51,155 nt of DNA, from NCBI GenBank assembly GCA_044449445.1, contig JBIOIA010000001.1:1-51155 (forward strand), given 5' to 3'. Positions 45,892-51,155 of the stretch are shown piece after piece (position 1 is the stretch's first letter; each line of letters opens with the position of its first letter). Source of the DNA: Gemmatimonadales bacterium (GTDB taxonomy: Bacteria; Gemmatimonadota; Gemmatimonadetes; Gemmatimonadales; JACORV01). Below the pieces are notes generated by a model. The model searched no databases. It was not told where the DNA came from and saw only the letters and a program-made list of their open reading frames with translations. Position numbers and translations under genes: made by a program.

Positions 45892-48800
45892 ATGCCCTTC
45901 GTTCATCTCCACACCCACTCCGAATACTCGCTCCTCGACGGCGCCAATCGGATCCCGGATCTGATCAGCCGCGTGAAGGAGCTGGGGATGGACTCCCTGG
46001 CCCTCACGGACCATGGAAACCTGTTCGGCGCGTGGACCTTCCACGAGCAGGCCCGCGCGGCCGGCATCCGCCCGATCCTCGGCTTCGAGGCCTACGTCGC
46101 CTTCGGCGACCGCCGCGGCCGTGACAAGGTCGAGGGCGCACCCTCCAACTACAGTCACCTCGTGCTGCTCGCCCAGAACAAGGCCGGCTACCGCAACCTG
46201 GTCAAGCTGACGTCGATCGGGTTCGTCGAGGGTTACTACCGCAGGCCCCGGGTGGACCGCGAGACGCTCGAGCGGCACCACGAGGGCATCGTGTGCCTCT
46301 CGGCGTGTCTCACGGGCGAGGTCGCGCTGTGGCTGCGGCAGGGCAACTACGACAAGGCGAGAGAATCGGCGCAGTGGCACGCTCGCGTGTTCAAGGACCG
46401 CTACTGGCTCGAGGTCCAGGACCACGGGATCGGCGACGAGAAGGTGGTTCAGGAGGGCGTCTACCGGCTCGCGAAGGACCTCGGCCTGCCGGTCGTGGCC
46501 ACCAACGACGCGCATTACCTCAAGCGCGACGACGCCGCCGCGCACGACGTGCTGCTCGCGATCGGCACCGGCAAGGACCTGAACGATCCCAAGCGGTTCC
46601 GGTTCGAGGGCACGGAGAGCTACGTCAAGTCGGAAGACGAGATGCGGCGCCTGTTCCCGGACCGGGACGACCTGTTCGAGAACACCCAGAAGGTCGCGAA
46701 CACCTGCGAGTTCGACTTCGAGAAGCGGTTCTTCATTCCCGAATTCCCGCGGCCGAAGGAATACGCGACCGACGGCGACCTGCTCATCGCGCTGGCGACC
46801 GAGGGCGCGAAGGGCCGCTACGGCGACCCGCTCCCCAAGGAAGTCCGGGAGCGGCTCGACTACGAGCTGGGCGTCATCACGCGGGTCGGCTACGCCGGCT
46901 ACTTCCTGATCGTCGCCGACTTCATCCGCTGGGCGAAGGAGCGCGGCATCCCCGTCGGGCCGGGCCGCGGTTCCTCCGCCGCCTCGATCGTGGCTTACTC
47001 GACCGGGATCACCAAAATCGACCCACTGCGCTTCGATCTGCTGTTCGAGCGGTTCCTGAATCCCGAGCGCATTTCACCGCCCGACATCGACGTGGATTTC
47101 TGCGAGGAGCGCCGCGGCGAAGTGATCGAGTACGTACGCGGCCGCTACGGGCGCGAATCGGTCGGCCAGATCGTGACGTTCGGGACGATGAAGGCTCGCG
47201 CCGCGGTAAAGGACGTCGCGCGCGTGCTTGGCGTCCTGCCCGGCGACGCGGACCGGCTCACCAAGCTCATCCCGAACAACCCGGGCCAGGCATACGTCTC
47301 GCTGCCCGAGGCGATCCAGCTGGTCTCCGAGCTCCGGGAGCAGATCAACGCCAACCCGACCTACCAGACACTGGTGGGCTACGCGGAGCGGATCGAGCGG
47401 CTGGCACGGCACATCTCCGTCCACGCGGCGGGCATCGTGATCGCCCCGGGCCCGCTGACCGATTACGTGCCGGTGTGCACGATGCCCGGCAAGGGCACGG
47501 GCGCGGGCGCCGCCGAAGACGCGATCATCACGCAGTACGACATGGTGGGGCTCGAGAAGGTCGGGATGCTGAAGATGGACTTCCTCGGCCTCACCACCCT
47601 GACGGTGCTGCGCCGGGCGGTGGACACGATCAAGGAGCGCCACGGCGTCACCATCGATCTCGACACGCTCCCGCTCGACGATGCCGCGACGTACCAACTG
47701 CTGCGCGAAGGCCACACGTCGGGCGTCTTTCAGCTCGAGTCCGCACTCGCGACCGACGCCCTGACGCGCATGAAGTGCGACCGGTTCGACGACCTCGTGG
47801 CCACGAACGCGCTGATCCGCCCCGGACCGCTCGACAGCGGCATGCACCAGGTCTACATCCGCCGCAAGCGCGGGGACGAGCCGGTGCGCTACGCGCTGCC
47901 CGAGCTGCGCGAGGTACTCGAGCCGACATTCGGCGTGATCGTGTACCAGGAACAGGTGATGCGTATTCCCAACGTCCTGGCGGGCTACTCGCTCGCCGAG
48001 GCCGACGTGTTCCGGAAGGCGGTGGGAAAGAAGAAGCGCGAGCTGATCGAGGCGGAGGTGGAGAAGTTCGTCAAGCGCGCGGTCGAGCGCGGACATCCGC
48101 GGCGCGTGATCGAGGACCTCGCCGCGCAGATCGAGACCTTCGGCCGCTACGGCTTCGTCAAGGCGCACGCGGTCGCGTATTCGATTCTCAGCTACCAGAC
48201 CGCGTGGCTCAAGGCGCACTACCCCGCCGAGTTCATGGCCGCGATGCTCAGCTGCGCGATCGGCGACCCGAAGGCCGTCGTGAAGTACATCGGCGCGTGC
48301 CGCGACATGGACATCAAGGTGCTCGCCCCCGACGTGAACGAGTCGGGCTGGCACTTCACGGTCGTCGCCGACCGGCGCGTCCGCTTCGGCCTGGGCGCGA
48401 TCCGCAACGTGGGCCGCGGCGCCGCCGACTCGATCCTCGGCGCGCGCGCGCGGCGGCCCTTCACGTCGCTCCAGGACCTCGTTTCGCGCATCGACCTCAG
48501 GGTGTGCAACAAGCGGGTGATCGAGGCACTGGTCGCCTCGGGCGCGTGCGACGGCCTGGGCGGCCACCGGGCCCAGTTGTTCGCCGCCATCGAGTCCGTG
48601 GTCGCCGAGGCGAGCCTCAAGCAGGCCGAGGCCGCGGCCGGCCAGTCCACCCTGTTCGGGAGCGACGACCCGGAGCATCTGCTGCCTGCCGCCGGCCGCC
48701 TTCCCGAGGTCCCGGAATGGACCGAGCAGGAGCGGCTTGCGCGCGAGAAGGAACTGGTGGGATTCTTTGTCTCGGGCCATCCGCTCAGCCGGTTCACGGC

Positions 48801-49377
48801 GGAGGCCGCGCTGTTCGCGACGCACACGACCGCGGACCTCGGCCAGTGGGTCGAGGGTCCGGTGCTGGTGGCGGCCGTGGTCACGTCGCTGAAGCGCCAG
48901 ACCGCTCGGCGCACGGGCGCCGAGTGGGCCAAGATCACGCTCGAGGACTTCCACGGCTCCGCCGAGGCGCTGGTGTTCCCGGAGGCCTGGAAGAAGCTGT
49001 CCCGGGTGATCCAGCCCGACGGGGCGTACCTGGTGGTCGGCGGCTACTCGAGCCGCGATCGGGGCGAGGAGGACGCGCCGTTCATCGTGGAGGACGCGCA
49101 GCCGCTGGCGGATTTCCGCCACAACGGCCGCGTCGGCCTCGCGCTCAGGTGGAGGCGGAAGGACCAGGTGGCGCCCTCAACACTCGAGGCGGCGGCGGCG
49201 GTGTGCCGCGCGCACCCGGGGCCCGCGCCGGTGCTGATCGAATGGAGCGACGACAACGGCGGCGGCGCGGCGCGCTTCAAGGCCCGCGGCCTGACCGTCG
49301 CGCTGGACGATGACCTGATCGCCGCACTGAAGGACGTCGTGGGCGATGAGCGCGTCGAACTCGTCAAGGCGGGGTGA
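45892..49377 (+). CDS. dnaE: DNA polymerase III alpha subunit
   Basis: ATG at 45892 in track ORF 45820..49377, 1161 aa. [17 protein letters not shown] (PHP domain), [26 protein letters not shown]. Confidence 0.95.
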   Translation: MPFVHLHTHSEYSLLDGANRIPDLISRVKELGMDSLALTDHGNLFGAWTFHEQARAAGIRPILGFEAYVAFGDRRGRDKVEGAPSNYSHLVLLAQNKAGYRNLVKLTSIGFVEGYYRRPRVDRETLERHHEGIVCLSACLTGEVALWLRQGNYDKARESAQWHARVFKDRYWLEVQDHGIGDEKVVQEGVYRLAKDLGLPVVATNDAHYLKRDDAAAHDVLLAIGTGKDLNDPKRFRFEGTESYVKSEDEMRRLFPDRDDLFENTQKVANTCEFDFEKRFFIPEFPRPKEYATDGDLLIALATEGAKGRYGDPLPKEVRERLDYELGVITRVGYAGYFLIVADFIRWAKERGIPVGPGRGSSAASIVAYSTGITKIDPLRFDLLFERFLNPERISPPDIDVDFCEERRGEVIEYVRGRYGRESVGQIVTFGTMKARAAVKDVARVLGVLPGDADRLTKLIPNNPGQAYVSLPEAIQLVSELREQINANPTYQTLVGYAERIERLARHISVHAAGIVIAPGPLTDYVPVCTMPGKGTGAGAAEDAIITQYDMVGLEKVGMLKMDFLGLTTLTVLRRAVDTIKERHGVTIDLDTLPLDDAATYQLLREGHTSGVFQLESALATDALTRMKCDRFDDLVATNALIRPGPLDSGMHQVYIRRKRGDEPVRYALPELREVLEPTFGVIVYQEQVMRIPNVLAGYSLAEADVFRKAVGKKKRELIEAEVEKFVKRAVERGHPRRVIEDLAAQIETFGRYGFVKAHAVAYSILSYQTAWLKAHYPAEFMAAMLSCAIGDPKAVVKYIGACRDMDIKVLAPDVNESGWHFTVVADRRVRFGLGAIRNVGRGAADSILGARARRPFTSLQDLVSRIDLRVCNKRVIEALVASGACDGLGGHRAQLFAAIESVVAEASLKQAEAAAGQSTLFGSDDPEHLLPAAGRLPEVPEWTEQERLAREKELVGFFVSGHPLSRFTAEAALFATHTTADLGQWVEGPVLVAAVVTSLKRQTARRTGAEWAKITLEDFHGSAEALVFPEAWKKLSRVIQPDGAYLVVGGYSSRDRGEEDAPFIVEDAQPLADFRHNGRVGLALRWRRKDQVAPSTLEAAAAVCRAHPGPAPVLIEWSDDNGGGAARFKARGLTVALDDDLIAALKDVVGDERVELVKAG

Positions 49378-49381
49378 GGCG

Positions 49382-50344
49382 ATGGCCTCCGCATTCGCAC
49401 TGGACTTCGAGAAGCCGATCGCGGAGCTGGAGCGGCAGATCGAGTCGCTCCGGCGCCTCGCGACGCAGCGCTCGCTCGACGTGCGCCGCGAGATCGAGCC
49501 GCTCGAGGAGAAGCTCGCCGAGATGCGCCAGGAGATCTACCGCAACCTGACGCCGTTCCAGCGCGTGCAGGTGGCGCGCCACCCGCGCCGGCCCTACGCG
49601 CTCGACTACATCAACACGGTGTTCACCGACTTCGTGGAGCTGCACGGCGACCGGCTGTACCGCGACGATCCCGCGATCGTGGGCGGCACGGCGCGCTTGG
49701 GCGGACGGAGCGTGGTCGTCATCGGCCAGCAGAAGGGCCGCGACACCAAGGAGAACCTCAAGCGCAACTTCGGAATGCCCCACCCCGAGGGTTACCGCAA
49801 GGCGCTGCGCCTCCTGAAGCTCGCGGAGCGCTTCAAGCTGCCGGTCGTGACGCTGGTGGACACGCCGGGGGCCTACCCGGGCCTCGGCGCCGAGGAGCGC
49901 GGCCAGGCCGAGGCGATCGCGCGCAACCTGGAGGAGATGGCGACGCTCAGGACGCCGACCGTGGCGGTCGTGATTGGCGAAGGCGGGTCCGGCGGCGCGC
50001 TCGCCCTGGGCATCGCCGACCGCGTGCTGATGTTCGAGAACGCGATCTACTCGGTGATCTCGCCCGAGGGATGCGCCGCGATCCTGTGGAAGGACTCCAC
50101 GCAGCGCGAGCGCGCCGCCGAAGCGCTCAAGCTCACCGCGCCCGACCTGATGGGCCTGGGCGTGATCGACGAGATCGTGCGCGAGCCGCTGGGCGGCAAC
50201 CACGCCGATCCCGACGCGGCCGCCGCCAACCTGGCCGAGGCGGTGCGCCGCCACCTGGGTGAGCTCGAGGGTCTGTCGCTCGACGATCTCGTCACCCGCC
50301 GCGCCGAGAAGTTCCTCCGCATGGGGAAGTTCGAGGAGACCTGA
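49382..50344 (+). CDS. accA: Acetyl-CoA carboxylase carboxyltransferase alpha subunit
   Basis: ATG at 49382 in track ORF 49346..50344. [30 protein letters not shown]. Confidence 0.92.
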   Translation: MASAFALDFEKPIAELERQIESLRRLATQRSLDVRREIEPLEEKLAEMRQEIYRNLTPFQRVQVARHPRRPYALDYINTVFTDFVELHGDRLYRDDPAIVGGTARLGGRSVVVIGQQKGRDTKENLKRNFGMPHPEGYRKALRLLKLAERFKLPVVTLVDTPGAYPGLGAEERGQAEAIARNLEEMATLRTPTVAVVIGEGGSGGALALGIADRVLMFENAIYSVISPEGCAAILWKDSTQRERAAEALKLTAPDLMGLGVIDEIVREPLGGNHADPDAAAANLAEAVRRHLGELEGLSLDDLVTRRAEKFLRMGKFEET

Positions 50345-50346
50345 GC

Positions 50347-51155
50347 GTGCCGCAGCTGGTCGAGGTGCGCTTCAAGGGCAACCGCAAGGCGTACTTCGAA
50401 TGGCACGAGAGCGAGCCCCTGCGGATGCAGGAGCCCGTGATCGTCGAGTCCGACCGCGGGCTCGACTTCGGCACCGTGTCTGCCACCGGAACCGTCGCGC
50501 AGCAGAAGTGCGACCGCTGCGCGGGCTGCGCGTTGAACGCGTCGAAGGAAAGCCACGAGTCGACGCGCCGCGCCATCGAGCCGACGCGGAAGGTCGTGCG
50601 GCGCGCCACGTCGTCCGACCGCAAGGTCATGACCGACCTGCGGCGCGGCGAGGACGACGTCCGGCGCAAGGTTCGAGAGAAGGCGACCTCCCACGGCCTG
50701 CCGTTGAAGGTCTCGGACACCGAGTGGCAGTGGGACCGCAACAAGCTCACCGTGTACTTCACCGCCGACAAGCGCGTGGACTTCCGCTCGCTGGTGCGCG
50801 AGCTGGCGTCGCAGTTCCGCACCCGCATCGACCTCCGGCAGATCGGCGTGCGCGACGAGGCCGCCCGGCTCTCCGGCATCGGGCGCTGCGGTCGCGAGCT
50901 GTGCTCGGCGAGCTGGCTGCCCGAGCTCCGCCCCATCGGGCTCCACATCGCCAAGGACCAGCGGCTCTCGCTCAACCCCTCGCAGATCTCGGGGCCGTGC
51001 GGTCGGCTGCTCTGCTGCCTGCGCTACGAGCACGAGTTCTACGTGCAGAGCCGCAAGCGGTTCCCCAAGGAAGGCAGGATCCTCGAGCTGGCGAAGGGCA
51101 AGGAGAAGGTCCACAGCATCGACATCTTCCGGGACCGCGTGACGCTGCGGGCTGA
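50347..51155 (+). CDS. PSP1-domain protein (RicT/YaaT-like); 3' end beyond window
   Basis: Own translation from the GTG at 50347; this frame is not in the track because no stop is reached. VPQLVEVRFKGNRKAYFEW..LTVYFTADKRVDFRSLVRELASQFRTRIDLRQIGVRDEA..GRCGRELCSASWL..GPCGRLLCCLRYE. Confidence 0.8.
   Translation, partial: MPQLVEVRFKGNRKAYFEWHESEPLRMQEPVIVESDRGLDFGTVSATGTVAQQKCDRCAGCALNASKESHESTRRAIEPTRKVVRRATSSDRKVMTDLRRGEDDVRRKVREKATSHGLPLKVSDTEWQWDRNKLTVYFTADKRVDFRSLVRELASQFRTRIDLRQIGVRDEAARLSGIGRCGRELCSASWLPELRPIGLHIAKDQRLSLNPSQISGPCGRLLCCLRYEHEFYVQSRKRFPKEGRILELAKGKEKVHSIDIFRDRVTLRA

Noticed and set aside
50259-51155. Track ORF 50259..51155 + (298 aa).
   Set aside because: The translation is Arg/Ala-rich and meaningless. 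The neighbouring frame starting at the GTG at 50347 encodes a clear PSP1/RicT-like protein, so that frame was annotated instead.
1-51155. Search for mobile elements, prophage, toxin-antitoxin, restriction-modification, CRISPR-Cas, retron/DGR or other defence-island hallmarks.
   Set aside because: No transposase, integrase, recombinase, reverse transcriptase, nuclease-helicase pair, long terminal inverted repeat or compositional island was seen. The window looks like conserved core chromosome.

Overview
High-GC (about 70% by eye, not computed) bacterial chromosomal segment. It is gene-dense, with about 50 protein-coding genes, many joined by 1-8 nt ATGA/GTGA-type overlaps that suggest translational coupling. 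I saw no rRNA, tRNA, CRISPR array, transposase, integrase, phage or recognisable defence genes, so this reads as core chromosome of a Gram-negative-type organism (Omp85, PorV-like and DUF3108 proteins); phylum not determinable here. All functional calls come from motifs recognised by eye in the translations, since no database search was possible.

Gene content, in order:
- Five-gene NDP-sugar/GT2/GT87 envelope-glycosylation operon on the minus strand (1-4308).
- tdk, coaE, gcvH, gcvP.
- UPF0173 hydrolase, P5C dehydrogenase, LplA/LipM-like ligase.
- Five-gene Dpp/Opp-type peptide ABC operon in which two adjacent genes each carry a single-base frameshift.
- Minus-strand string: hypothetical, unlisted 52-aa FmdB zinc-ribbon ORF, coiled-coil protein, Omp85-like protein, POT peptide transporter, HExxH membrane protein.
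- Hybrid histidine kinase coupled to an MBL-fold hydrolase.
- GT2 with a His/Arg-rich repeat tail, DUF3108 protein, deoxyhypusine-synthase-like protein, SnoaL-like protein.
- thiO-like oxidase, a double zinc-ribbon membrane protein, then lipA-pdhA-pdhB-E2-lpdA-(small membrane ORF)-lipB.
- YuiH-like molybdoenzyme, M20 dipeptidase, TPR protein, gdh, HExxH aminopeptidase, PorV-like barrel.
- dnaE, accA and a PSP1/RicT-like gene that runs off the window.

Most noteworthy observations:
1. The 8-mer CGTTAGGC recurs 9 times and carries 7 of the 8 TTA leucine codons I found.
2. Two single-base frameshifts sit in neighbouring ABC transporter genes.
3. Several poorly characterised, translationally coupled clusters: GT2-tail/DUF3108/DHS-like, FmdB/coiled-coil/Omp85, and POT/HExxH.

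Nothing here looks like a clear-cut novel defence or mobile system.
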